A stretch of DNA of 64,000 bases, from positions 63,118,001 to 63,182,000 of the forward strand of contig NW_024704742.1 in NCBI RefSeq assembly GCF_018977255.1. Direction: 5' to 3'. Origin of the DNA: Callorhinchus milii (Eukaryota). The position numbers were made by a program, and so were the translations under genes. A model generated the notes under the pieces. That model was not told where the DNA came from and did no database searches. It worked only from the letters and a program-made list of their open reading frames with translations. Shown piece by piece: positions 52,220-64,000 of this stretch; the first letter of the stretch is position 1; every line of letters begins with the position of its first letter.

Positions 52220-53215
52220 CAACAACAACAGCAACAAGATTCCATTTATTGAGCGCCTTTCACGTCGGGAGGACGTCCCAAGGCGCTGTACTGTTGGGTC
52301 AGGACCCGAGCAGGGGGGAAATGGTCAGGGTGAGGGGAGGGAAGGGAGGGAGCGAGGAGGGGGTAGAGCGTCGAGAGGGGAGCTGAAGGCTCGGTCAAAG
52401 AGAAAGGTCTTGAGACCGGCCTTGAAGGAGGAAAGGGAGGAAGCGGCGAAGGCACTGGGGGATGGAGTTCCAGAGCCTCGGGGCTGAGAGGCTGAAGGCC
52501 CGGCCACCGATAATAGGGCGGTTGGGGCGGGGGATGTGGAGCAGACCGGAGCCAGAGGAACGGAGGGTACGGGCGGGTAGGTAGGGGGTTAGTAGGTCGG
52601 AGAGGTAGGAGGGAGTGAGGCCGTGAATGGCCTTGTAGGTGAGGATGAGGATCTTGAATTCGATCCCCTGGGGGATGGGGAGCCAGTGGAGGTGAGCGAG
52701 GGTGGGAGTGATGTGGTCCCGAAGCCTGGTGCGGGACAGTACACGAGCTGCAGAGTTCTGAATGACCTGCAGTGTGGAGGGAGGTGGCGGGAAGGCCGGC
52801 GAGGAGAGAGTTCCCATAGTCCAGCCTTGAGGTGATAAAGGCGTGGACCAGAGTTTCAGCCGCGTGAGGGGTGAGGTAGTGCCGTAGTCTGGCGACATTC
52901 CGGAGGTGATGGAAGGCGGTGCCAGTTGTGGCGCTGATATGGGGGAGAAAGGACAGCTCAGGGTCGAACAGAACCCCGAGGTTCCTGACTGACTTAGAGA
53001 GGTGGAGAGTGCAGCCTTGGATGCTGATGGTGTCAGCGCCTGAGGTGCGGAGGCGCTGACGTGAGCCAATCAGGAGGGCCTCAGTTTTGCGCACGTTGAG
53101 CTGAAGAAAGTTGTCTCTCGTCCAGGACTCGATGTCAGACAGGCAGCTGTCAGGACATCGGTGGTCGTGGAGTTGAGGGTAGAGGAGGAAAGGTAGAGTT
53201 GGGTGTCATCCGCAT
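52220..53215 (-). mobile_element. Very young L2, 5'-truncated at YADD; TSD GATTTTAA
   Basis: Long overlapping ORFs 52246-53094 and 52395-53069; high CpG; GATTTTAA at 52212-52219 and 53216-53223. Confidence 0.95.
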
Positions 53216-54109
53216 GATTTTAAGGTGGGATCTGGAGTTAGAGAGGGGCCAATGGTACTGGGTTGCAGAGCTTAGTTATTTATTTTGTTTGTTTTTAATG
53301 AAAAAATAATAAAATAATCCTTGCATTTGATATAATGCTTTTCAATTCAGGAGGGTGTGTCAAAGTGCTTCACAGGATATACTGTCAGTGTAGTGACTAC
53401 TTTGTAGGTGAACAAATTTGCTGACAGCAAAGTTCCACAAACAACTATGAAGTGAGTAACCAATTTTATTCAGGGAAGTGTTGACCAAGACACCAGGAGA
53501 AATGAGTGACAATTTTTTAATAGAAATAGAGGACTTGCATTTCATCACATCAAAATGTCTCAAAAGTATTTTACAGCAGTTACTGCAAAATGACTGGTTT
53601 TGTATGCAAACACGGCAGTGGTTTCACACATCACATTAAATGCATGACCACTTCCATTGCACTGGCTAATAAAACTTTTAAAATTCTAATACACTCTATC
53701 TGTATCTGTGTATATACTGTATCCTGCAGAGAGTGGGTCTTTCCTTTGTTGCGCCTGAAGTTTAAAAAAAAGGTTGTTGCGAAAGTAAACAAAACAAATG
53801 AAATGCAAACATAGTGCAAATGAAACAGGGATGTCAAACACAAGCTCCATGACTGTATGTTGTCATGAAAATAATAGTTCCCCAGTTGCACAGATCAGTG
53901 GAAAAGCTGAGCATCGAGTTCCTTTTGTACCTGCCGTACTGCTTGCTGTGGCTAGGTCTGTTGCTGATGGCTACTGAGTATTAATCCTCCTTCCCCAGGT
54001 ACCACAACATGCAGCTGTTCCTCTTTCAGCAAATCCTCCTGTCCCTGACAGTAGTGTGCAGAAAAGCAATACAGTATTGTTCAGCACACCATCTCTGGGA
54101 TAGGTTTCT

Positions 54110-54557
54110 CAGCCTGGCTCAATGGGAGTACTCTCGCCTCTGAGTCAGAAGCTTATATGTTCAAGCCCCACATCGGGACTTGGAATCACATTGTCGAAGA
54201 TGACACTCCAACCCAGCGCTGGGGTTATTTTGCATTGTGGAAGGTGCCGTCCTTCGGATAATACATTAAACTGAGGACTTGTCTGCCTGTTCAGGTGGAT
54301 GTTGTTGTTAAAGATCGCATGGCAGTATTTGAAAAGAGAAGGGAGTTTCTCCCATTGTCCTGGCCAACAATTCCCCAAATATAAATTGGCCACTTACTCC
54401 ATGGTTGTTTGTTGGACAAATTAGCTGCCGAGTTTTGTCCACAGAATACCCTGTCAATCCACTTGACAATATATCCTGTGAAGCACTTTGAGATGTCTCA
54501 ACAACGTGATAAGGCGTTATATCAAATGCAAGGAATATCATTATTATTATTATTATT
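54110..54557 (+). mobile_element. Deu-domain SINE, full length
   Basis: ctctcgcctctgagtcagaag head; aggtgccgtccttcggat..ttaaactgagg Deu core; (TTA)n. Confidence 0.85.
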
Positions 54558-55411
54558 AAATAGTCCAGCATATATCAAAAATGTATCCCAAAGGTCTCCT
54601 CAATAACTATCCTCCATGTACATGATACTGCTTACATTAATTCTTTCATTGAGTTTAGTTAATAACTAGCATTATTATATTACTATATGACAGTATCTGG
54701 TAGGGGAGGAGGTCACACTCAGAGGTCAGAAAATAATTGACGACACTGACTGACCGCATTAATCAGTGTTGTGTTATAAATAAACAAATAAATCAACAAG
54801 CAAATAAATGCGTAAATAAGTAAATACAATTAAACTTTGCATTTGATACAGTGCCTTGTCATGTTGTCGTAACGTCTCAAAGCCTTTACAGGATTCATTG
54901 TAAAAAGTAGTGCCAACAGGCAGACAGGGTCTTGATTTAAAATTTCATCTGAAAGATGGCACACTGACAGAGTGGTGGCTCCCCACTACTGCACTGAAGT
55001 GTCAGCCTAGACAATGAGATCATGAATGACCCCACAACTTACTGACTCAAAGGCTACCAACTCAGCTAAATTACTGAGTTAAATTGATACCTTGAACACA
55101 TGAAAAAAGAGTTGACATATATATTTGCCCAGAATACAAGATTAAAAAAATCTGTATTGAATATAGTGTTTATCTATATATTTAGTTTCCTTTTAAAAAG
55201 GAGTTTCTCCCGGTGTCTTGGCCAACAGTCACCCAATTAAAATCAGGCATTCCCTTCATGGCTATAGAACATTGTAGTGTACAAATTGGCTGCCACCTTT
55301 GCCTCTAAGTACACAGTTACTGCACCCTGCAATATAGCACCTCTTGTGAAGAGCTATACCAAATTCAAGGATTATTATTCATTATTGTAAATGTGCTTTC
55401 AGTATTTTTGA

Positions 55412-55668
55412 ACAATAATAAAATAATAATAATAATAATCCTTGCATTTGATATAGCGCTTTTCACGTCTTCTAGACGTCTCAAAGCCCTTCACAGAATA
55501 TACTGTAAAGTGAATTGACCATATATTTGTGGGCAAAATGCAGCAGCCAATTGCGCACAGCAGTGTCCCACAAACAGTCGTGGATTGAAAATGACCAATT
55601 TATTATTGTTTTGGAGGCATTATTATTAGGCGTGTGAAGTAAGTAAACTTGCCCAAGGTTTCGCCCTG
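55412..55668 (-). mobile_element. Young SINE, short subfamily, head truncated
   Basis: Shares the internal deletion seen in 14310-14653. Confidence 0.85.
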
Positions 55669-56299
55669 CATTGTGTGGTGCACATCCACAGCACCTGCCA
55701 TTCACAGCACATATGCTTGTTTCTATGTGTTTGTTTCTAAACCTGTGAATTCTCTTTACATCCTTACAAAGTCTTCATTAGTTTGTTCCATCTAGTAAAA
55801 TACTTTAATCTTTTCTGGTATGACTTTCTGGGTATATAGCCTTTTTAAAAAAAGCTAATCTGTAAACAACAGGGAGTGAAAGAACAAAAACCTGAGTCAT
55901 GTCAGTGCAGAAATGGAGTTACGCTACAAATCAACCATGATCCAGAATGGCAGCAGAGGCTCGAGGAGCTGAATGGCCTACTGCTGTTTCTGTGCTACGA
56001 GAACATTAGCTCTTTGGGGACACCAATAGAGCAATTGAAAGAAAACAAATCTAGCCAGATTCAAGACTTCACAGAACACACATAAAGCTGAGGAAATGTG
56101 TGTAAAAAAAATGCCCCTTGAGCACATTAGAAACCAGATGACACAACGGATGTCTCATGCCAAATTTCACAGGTGGCTATTGGCTCCCAGATCTGATCAA
56201 GTGAATCAGATTTTTGCCACAAGGGTAATTTTAATATGAAAACATTACTGTTTTTACCCTTGTCAATGTTACATCTCTGACAGGCTCCAAAAGTATATT

Positions 56300-56720
56300 T
56301 GAAAACTTAATTTCATTGTATTAGAAAACAAATGACAAACTTGGCATCTGATGTCATATTTGATAAATGTGTTCTTGACTTCACATTCTGCCAAGTGAAT
56401 TCAGAGCAGTCTTTTGCTCTCAAACTCTCTCGGTCGGCCAGTGTGTGATATGTTTAACAGCGTACAAATCCAAAAGGATGCTTAGTGGTTTGGAAGGTAG
56501 ATTACAGTTGACATCTTTAGGCAAGCCTTCCATTTGGCGCTTAATCACTAACTTTGCCAGGGGAATGTTGATTGTACTTATTGTTGTTGATTCTTGTCTG
56601 GAGGATTGTGTTTGATGTTTAGCAGTGACAGACTCAGATTCACATACGTTGGATAGCAAAACAAAGTTTGTTGCAATCTGATGGCCTCAAAATGTAACAT
56701 TTTGAGTTAGAATTTACAAA
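56300..56720. promoter_or_regulatory. Candidate conserved non-coding element
   Basis: Repeat-free; NFI half-sites (TTGGC/GCCAA) and TGACA motifs. Confidence 0.3.
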
Positions 56721-57048
56721 AGGGTATTTTAAATTGGACACTACAGGGCTTAATAATTTGCATTTATCACTGTGTAGGGCACATGGCTAAATGAATCATA
56801 TACGCTTAAGGTGGCTTTGATTTACGAATCAGAATAAATTCTGAAACCATAGGGAACTGCACTGGACCATTTGTATTTATCTGAGAATAGAAATCCCACC
56901 TGAGAGTAGCAAAATTGACACAATGAGGGAAAAATCCCATCTGGGACTAGATGCAGAGTTTTGCAAATTGCTCAATTCAGCCTTAACCTTCAACCCTGTT
57001 TTCTTATGGTTCCTAAAAGAAAAGGAAGCAACAACTTGCATTTATATA

Positions 57049-57419
57049 GTAGAGTCCTGTAACATAGTAGTTAAGGCACTCGCGTCGCAAGCGAGAAGAC
57101 CCGGGTTTGATTGCCAGGCGGGCAAAACCTTCGGCAAGTTTCCTTACTCCACATGCCTCTGTTTATCTAGAAGGAAGTAGGAGCCCGGTTGTTTATCGAT
57201 TGGCAGATCACTTCTCGGAGGTAATAATCCCTTAAAAAATAATAATAATTTGGTCCCTCAATCCACGACTGTTTGTGGGACACTGCTGTGTGCAATTGGC
57301 TGCTGTGTTTCATCCACAAAATACACAGTCAATCCACTTTACAATATATTCTGTAAAGGGCTTTGAGACGTCTCAAAGACATAATAAGGCACTATAACAA
57401 ATGTAATATTATTATTATT
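57049..57419 (+). mobile_element. Young tRNA SINE, full length
   Basis: Matches 30366-30742. Confidence 0.88.
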
Positions 57420-58390
57420 GCTTGACACTGAGCAGGGGAAAGGGGGCATGGTTGAAGAAGGAAGGTTCAGAAGGCACCTGATTGAGGTCTTTGAAATTGT
57501 GCAGAGGTTTGATAGGATATATATTAGTGATATTTTCTAAATAAATATAATATAATATAATTTCTATGTAATAAACTTTCACATTTCTATTTCTAGCTAA
57601 ACCTTATTTCTTTTTAGTTCCTATGGGAAGGGTAGTCAGTATCCATTTCTTGTATCAAGGTTTAGAACCTGACTAATTGATTTGTAACTTGCAGATTAAC
57701 TACCCAAACAGTTATTATTGTCTTTAAATGAGATTAATGATTTCATCAGTGTGATTGTGATCCCAGAAACAAGCCAACAGAGTTGAAAGCAACCAGAAAG
57801 CCTAATTAGATTGTTCGTTTGGGTGAAAATAAGGCCATGTAAGGACGTTTCGCCCACAAATATAGTCAATTCACTTTACAGTATACTCTGTGAAGCGTTT
57901 TGAGATGTCTAGAAGACATGAAGAGGGCTGTATCAAATGCAGGGATTACTATTATTATTATTATTATTATGTAAAATCATTGTATTATTTCCCAATATAA
58001 AGTGAGAAACATAGTCCTGTAAAGTCCTGCAGAAGAGATAGCTCTTGCTCTAGTCATGGATTGAAATCTTAGTTGGAATCAAAGGATTTATTGTAATTGC
58101 AAAGAGAATGAAAGGAAAGGTGAGAAAAGACTTGTTTACGGGGATGGTGAGAATGTAAGTTTCCCTGCCGCAAAGCAGCAGGTGAGGTAGAGTGTGTATT
58201 TCACCCACAAAATGTACAGTCAATTTAATATTCTGTGAAGAGCTTTGAGACGACTCAGCGACATAATAAGGTGCTATATCAAATTCAAGGATTATAATTA
58301 TTATGCAGACCAGTCACTTGGGGCAGAGAATCAGCTCCCTCAGCTCCTGTTAACCTTGCAAGCTAAAGCCCTAGCAAGTAAGGTGGTCCT

Positions 58391-60155
58391 GCATTGTCCT
58401 GCATTGGCTGTATCGTCCTCCAACCCCCAATAACCTCTTCCATCCCACCCAGACCATTCACACCACCTTCTCCCTCCACTACAGCTCCTGCCACTCCCCC
58501 TCCTTACACTTTTTTGCCACCATTTCTCTCTCCTCCATCTCAACCACAATTACACGGATGAAGTTCACCACCTGCTGCCTTGACCCCCTCCCCACCCAGC
58601 TGCTGGTCACTCATCTCCCACTTCTCTTCCCCTGATGGCCAACATGGTCAACCAGTCTCTCTCCTCAGGCTCTATTCCACTCCGCCTGAAAACCACTGTC
58701 ATCACACCCCTCCTCAAAAAAAACACCCTCAATCCCTCTAATCTCTCACACTATAATCTTATCTCCAACCTACCTTTCCTTGCCAATGTCCGGGAATCCA
58801 TTATTGCAGGTCAACTTTAGTCACACTTCTCCCTCCATTCCCTCCTCGAGTCCCTGCAGTCTGCTCACAGCACAGAGACAGCATTTGTCAAAGTTACAAA
58901 CAATGTCCCCTCTATCTGTGACCAGGGCCTTCTCATCCTCCTGGATCTCTCTGCAGCATTTGACACAGTCGACTACACCATCCTCCTTCACAGCCTCTCC
59001 TCCCACATCCACCTTAGTGGGATCACACTGGTATGGTTCGAGTCCAACTTAACCGACCGCCTTCATTTCATCTCAGCAAATGGTTTCTCCTCCTGCCCCA
59101 GCCTGGTCACCTGCAGGGTACCCCAGGGCTCCATCCTTGGTCCCCTTCTTTTCCTCATCTATATGCTTCCTCTGGGCAATGTCATCCGCAGACAGGTGGT
59201 AAATTTTCACATGTATGTGGATGACACACTAATCTACTTTGCCTCCTCCAGTACCAACTCCAGGTTCGCCGATGTTCTATCAGCTTGTCTGGCAGACATC
59301 AGGAGCTGGATAAGTGTAAACTTCCTGCAGCTGAATGTGGACAAGACGGAAGCCATACACCTTGTCTCCCATCAACGTCTTCACTCCAATGGACCTGAAC
59401 TCCTCAACCTCCCCGGACTCTCCCTCAGACTCATCGAACTAGTGCATAATCTAGGCGTCCAGTTCGACCCCCAGCTGTCCTTCCTCCCCTACTTTTGGCC
59501 CCTGACCAGGTCCGCATACTATCACCTCTGCCATATTGCCTGCCTCTGACTGTACCTTAGCCCAAATACAGCCGAAACCCTCGTGTATGCGTTTGTCATC
59601 TCCCGCCTGGATTACTCAAACACACTCCTCGCCGAACTCCTCAGCTCCACCATTCACAAGATCCAGCTCATTCAGAACACTGCTGCCCACATACTGACCC
59701 GGACCAAACTCCGTACCCACATCTCACCAGTTCTGACCAGGGTCCACTGGCTCTCCATCACTAAATGGATCGATTTCAAGATCCTCACATTTGTGTTCAA
59801 GTCCCTTCACTTTCTGGCACCTCCCTACCTCTCCGACCTCCGCACTCCCCAATCCACCATCTGGCGCCTCCGCTCGACTGGCAGCGGCCTCCTGCTCTTC
59901 CTTCGCACCCTCCAACCCACCATCGGAGGTCGTGCTTTCAGCCACTATGCCCCAAAACTCTGGAACACTCTCCCTCAATCCCTCCACCTTACCCCCTCTC
60001 TCCTCTTTTTCAAGTCCTGCCTGAAAACCTTCCTCTTTGAACATGCTTACGCCCACCTCCCTCCCAGCTCGGAGTTGGGCTCCGCCACTGTTAAGCGCTC
60101 TGAAACGCTTCCCTGCGTGTAGGGCACTACATAACTGCAAATCGTTGTTGTTGTT
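58391..60155 (+). mobile_element. L2 LINE (distinct subfamily), 5'-truncated; TSD GTCCT
   Basis: ORFs with ITPLLKK, HMYVDDT and SRLDYSN; (TTG)n tail; GTCCT at 58386-58390 and 60156-60160. Confidence 0.93.
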
Positions 60156-60847
60156 GTCCTAGCTGGACAAGCAGCGGGAAAGCTTGCCAGACAGCAATAT
60201 CAATGTCAAGCTATGCAGTTTTAGCTGGTTAGCCTCCAGCAGTGCCCCAACACACACTCTGGGGTCCCAAAACCTTGGTTCTTGCCAACCTACTCCTATA
60301 CTTTCCGGAACTAGGTAAGCAGGATGAGGCCCTCCAGGGAGAGAGTGCACATTCCATTCCAACATTCTGGGAATTCCATGTGTAGATGGGATGCATGGAA
60401 TTCTCAACTTAGTTTGGGGATGGTTTCCGCATGTGTCAAACACTCAGCTGACTAAAACACTTATTATTATTATCATCATTTTTATTAATAATCCATTGAT
60501 TTTTTAAAAAGGCTACATTATTGAAGAGAGAAATATTAAATATTATTATAATAAAGGTATTATATTGGGAACAAGCAGGAGAATGCGATTAGATTGGGTC
60601 ATGTGAAGCAAATCGTATTAGGGCTGTAACAAAGCTGCAATAAGGCAGCAAATCTTCAATGCTGTTTCTGTGAGTTCTGTTCTGGGAAATTGTTCAGAAC
60701 CGTGGATTCCACCTCAAAATAATGTGTGTGTCTATACCCTCGCATTTCAACCCATGGAGATGCACAGCATTTCAGGCCACCTATAGAGTTACAGTGCTGC
60801 AGTCTGAAGCACAGGAACTTAATCTGAATTTCAGGCTTAACATTTAT

Positions 60848-61272
60848 GTAGAATGATAGAATTATACAGCACAGAGGGAGGCCACTGGCCTGCCGTGCCT
60901 GGGCTGGTTCTTTGAAAAGAGCTATCCAATGCAATCCCACTCCCCTACCCTCTCCCCATAACCCTGGAAACTTGTCTTCCCCAAATAATTATCTACTTCT
61001 CTCTTAAAAGTTTTATTGAATTGACTTCCACCATCCTTTCAGGCAATGCATTCCAGAACCGAACAACTCGCTGTGTGAAGACATTTCTCCCCACCTCCCC
61101 TCTGTTTCTTTTAACAGCTATTTTAAATCAGTGCCCTCGAGTTACCAGGGGAAGTAGTTTCTCCTTGTTCACCCTATCGAATCCCCTCATAATTTTGAAA
61201 ACTTCTATTAAGTGTCCTCTTAAACTTCTCTGCTCCAAGGAGAATAATCCTAGCTTCTCTAGCCTCGCCTGA
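60848..61272 (-). mobile_element. CR1 3' fragment
   Basis: Similar to 6626-7045 but more diverged. Confidence 0.85.
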
Positions 61273-62007
61273 TAATTGGAAGTAGAGATACCCTCATTCT
61301 GCAAGGATCAACCATTCTAAGGCAATAACTTGTTAGAAGGCAGTACCCAATACTTTTTTTTAAACTTTTTTTTTAATTTCGCACAAATGCGCCATGCCGT
61401 AATGCTGCAAAGGTGTGTGACACAATGAGACACAGACAGATAAGAGCCACATGGAAATTAGAGGGATGGAAAAACATTGAAACTAGATCATGCCTAGAAC
61501 AGCACAGATGTGGGTAGAGTAACTCCAGAGAGAATTAGGCACAGGTTGGTGAGAGCCAAGGCATAAGGACCCAGAGTGTGCATTGGGGTACTGCTGGGGT
61601 TTAACCAATTAAAAAACACAAGATCTTACAAAAAAATTCAAAATTAAGGCTGTATTTAAGAATCTGCCAAATTATAGATGATGATCTGAAATCCTACATA
61701 AATAGAGTAAATAATAATAATAATTCTTGTGTTTGAGTAAATCTTAAACCCAGGTAGAATTTTCTTTCCATAGTTTTAAAACTTAAAAAAGTTTGTGCCA
61801 ATGACACATACTGATATATAATATTATTTTAACAGATTTTAACTATACATATTTTTCTGACTACATGATCTTAGCATCAGATCAAGAATATAATCTTCTG
61901 ACAAGGTACTTTAATTGCAACTGAACACTACGTTATTAGAGCTCAACATAAAATTCAAAGGAAAATATTGAGCCATTGACAAACTGGCTTGTTTAATCTG
62001 TGGCTTT

Positions 62008-62352
62008 AATAATAATAATCCTTGCATTTGATTTAGCACCTTATCACGTCTTCGAGATGTCTCAAAGCACTTCACAGAATATACTGTAAAGTAAGTTGAC
62101 TATATTTTGTGGGTGAAACAAGGCAGCCAATTGCTCACAGCAATATCCCACAAACAGTCATGGATTGATTGATCAAATTATTATTTTTTTCCCCCCAGAA
62201 AAGCGATCCACCAATCGACTAACAACCGGGTTCCTACTTCCTGGTAGTTGGTAACTGCTCTAGGTAAACAGAAACGTGCCTAACGTTTCACCCTGCCCGG
62301 GAATCGAACTCACACCCTCCAAGTGTTCTAACCAATATGCTACAGGACTCCA
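62008..62352 (-). mobile_element. Young tRNA SINE
   Basis: Reverse complement of the reference copy, with small rearrangements. Confidence 0.85.
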
Positions 62353-62379
62353 CACATTTTTATGTTATTTTACTGCAGA

Positions 62380-62800
62380 AATAAAAATGGTTAATGCACG
62401 TCACTGAAATGGTGCAGTATCACACTGTCTGGGGAGTCATTTTAATATGAATGTGGTGGGTGGGGGGTGGGGGATACAGAAAGGCAATGTTTACTGATTT
62501 CAACAAATTATGATCTGAAATTTGCATAATTCATAATTTGCAGAGTGCAAGTAAAACAAATGAAAGAAACATCGCATCAGAGGTAAGAAGTTATTAAAGC
62601 AGATCAGAATTCAGCTCATAATTAATCGAATTTACTTGTCATCACACATTGCACAATTCTAAAAGTAATTAATTTGCCTTGCTATTAAGGATTAGGGATT
62701 AAATATTCAGGGCAATTTAATCTCGTATTCAGAAGATCCAGAATTCAAACGCTTGCAAACTGATGCCTCATTAACGCTGTGTTTTATATTACAACAATGG
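62380..62800. promoter_or_regulatory. Candidate conserved non-coding element
   Basis: Octamer ATTTGCAT at 62520-62527, TAATTA sites, and tandem GGATTA sites at about 62688-62701. Confidence 0.35.
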
Positions 62801-62869
62801 TAAGCATAGGTGTTGATATGCAGCTGCCTACAGCGCTGTCTAAAGAATGGATAAAGGTAATTACTAAAG

Positions 62870-63120
62870 AAGCAATGTGTGAGATTAGGAGACATGCATT
62901 TTACATGGAGGGCTGTTAGGACTCGAATGTGCCACCTTCAACAATGGTTAAGGCAGAATTCATATTATCTTTTTAGAAGCTATTAGATAAGTATACGAAA
63001 AACAAAAACTGTACAAGGTTATGCAGGAAGAAAGACGAATGGGACTAAATGGAAAAATTTCAAAGTGTCAGTACAATAGGCTGAATGACTACTTTCTGTG
63101 CTTTAGATCTCTATGTTTCT
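62870..63120 (+). mobile_element. Old CR1 3' fragment
   Basis: Degenerate CR1 C-terminus and UTR ending ggctgaatga..ttctgtgct..tctatgtttct. Confidence 0.6.
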
Positions 63121-63624
63121 AGAATATATTATTCTGGTGTTTCTGGTGTTAACGTCTTCCACTTTTCCTACAAAACTAAGCACAGAACAGGATTCAAACC
63201 AGCGAGCTTCTAATTTATGAGCTGCAGCTTGCTCCAATGCACCATTGGTTCCCAAACGCATGTGAAGTGCCCTCCAAGTTATTGCTCGCTATGGATGCTT
63301 ATGTGCAATCCACACATAGAAGCATTGAGATCAGCGCTTGGCTGCCCTCGTAAAAGAGTCTTCCCTTTTGGCTCTTCTGAAGTTTGACTCACTCTTTTCT
63401 TTGAGTACACCAACATTATGTAACAATCCAGAACACTTGAAAAGAAACTCAGGTGACGTCCACCACTAATAAATATCTCTAACAAGCTGAACCTAGCCAA
63501 ACACAAACAATGCAGAATCAAAGTGTGCTGTGAAATCTGGTGCAACAGATTCCAATAATCCTTGCATTTTGATATAGTGCCTTTTCACGATGCCCTCTTT
63601 CGCCGCTCGGTGTCAAGCTACAAT

Positions 63625-63982
63625 AAAAATAATCCTTGCATTTGATATAATGCCTTATTATGTTTGCAAGACGTCTCAAAACACTTCACAGAATATACTG
63701 TAAAGTGAATTGGCTATATATTTTGTGGGCGAAATGCAGCAGCCAGTTGTGTACAGCAGTGTCCCACAAACAGTCGTAGATTGAGTTAACAAATTATTAT
63801 TATTTTTTGAAGGAATTATTACTCCTAGAAAAGTGATCCGCCAATCAACTTACAACCAGGTACCTACTTATTGCTAGATAAACAGAGGCCTGTGGAGTAA
63901 GGAAACATGCCCACCATTTTGCGCTGCCAGGAATCGAACGCTTGCGAGGTGAGTGCTCTAACCACTAAGATATAAGACTCCA
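63625..63982 (-). mobile_element. Young tRNA SINE, full length
   Basis: Reverse complement of the reference copy. Confidence 0.88.
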
Positions 63983-64000
63983 CTAATGCACACATGTCAA

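Noticed and set aside
52098..52835. Gly/Arg/Pro-rich ORFs overlapping L2 copies
   Set aside because: Antisense or off-frame shadows of GC-skewed L2 sequence.
53880..54060. Exon-like segment on the minus strand
   Set aside because: Stop codons in all three frames between the candidate splice sites.
1..64000. CRISPR array or prokaryotic defence/retron system
   Set aside because: The repeats are dispersed SINE/LINE copies without regular spacers, and all RT fragments are CR1/L2 non-LTR type.

Overview
Eukaryotic, repeat-rich non-coding DNA. The repeat set (CR1/HER1-type LINEs with (ATTCTATG)n or (TTCTTATG)n tails, L2 LINEs with (TTG)n tails, tRNA-headed SINEs including Deu-domain SINEs) points to a cartilaginous fish, possibly a chimaera; this is inference from recalled consensus sequences. 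I recognise no host protein-coding exon. Every interpretable ORF is a broken LINE reverse-transcriptase fragment or an antisense shadow of one. The window looks like a large intron or gene desert, with several repeat-free AT-rich blocks resembling conserved non-coding enhancers. The main observations are: an L2/SINE partner pair sharing a 3' hairpin with a compensatory change; a modular SINE family with subfamilies and tail-only copies; an unclassified multi-copy non-coding element; a palindromic Penelope-like element with a hammerhead-type core; two perfect 43-45 bp inverted copies that look templated; and several nested insertions with target-site duplications (TSDs). I find no convincing novel protein-based system. 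Boundaries of old repeats are approximate.
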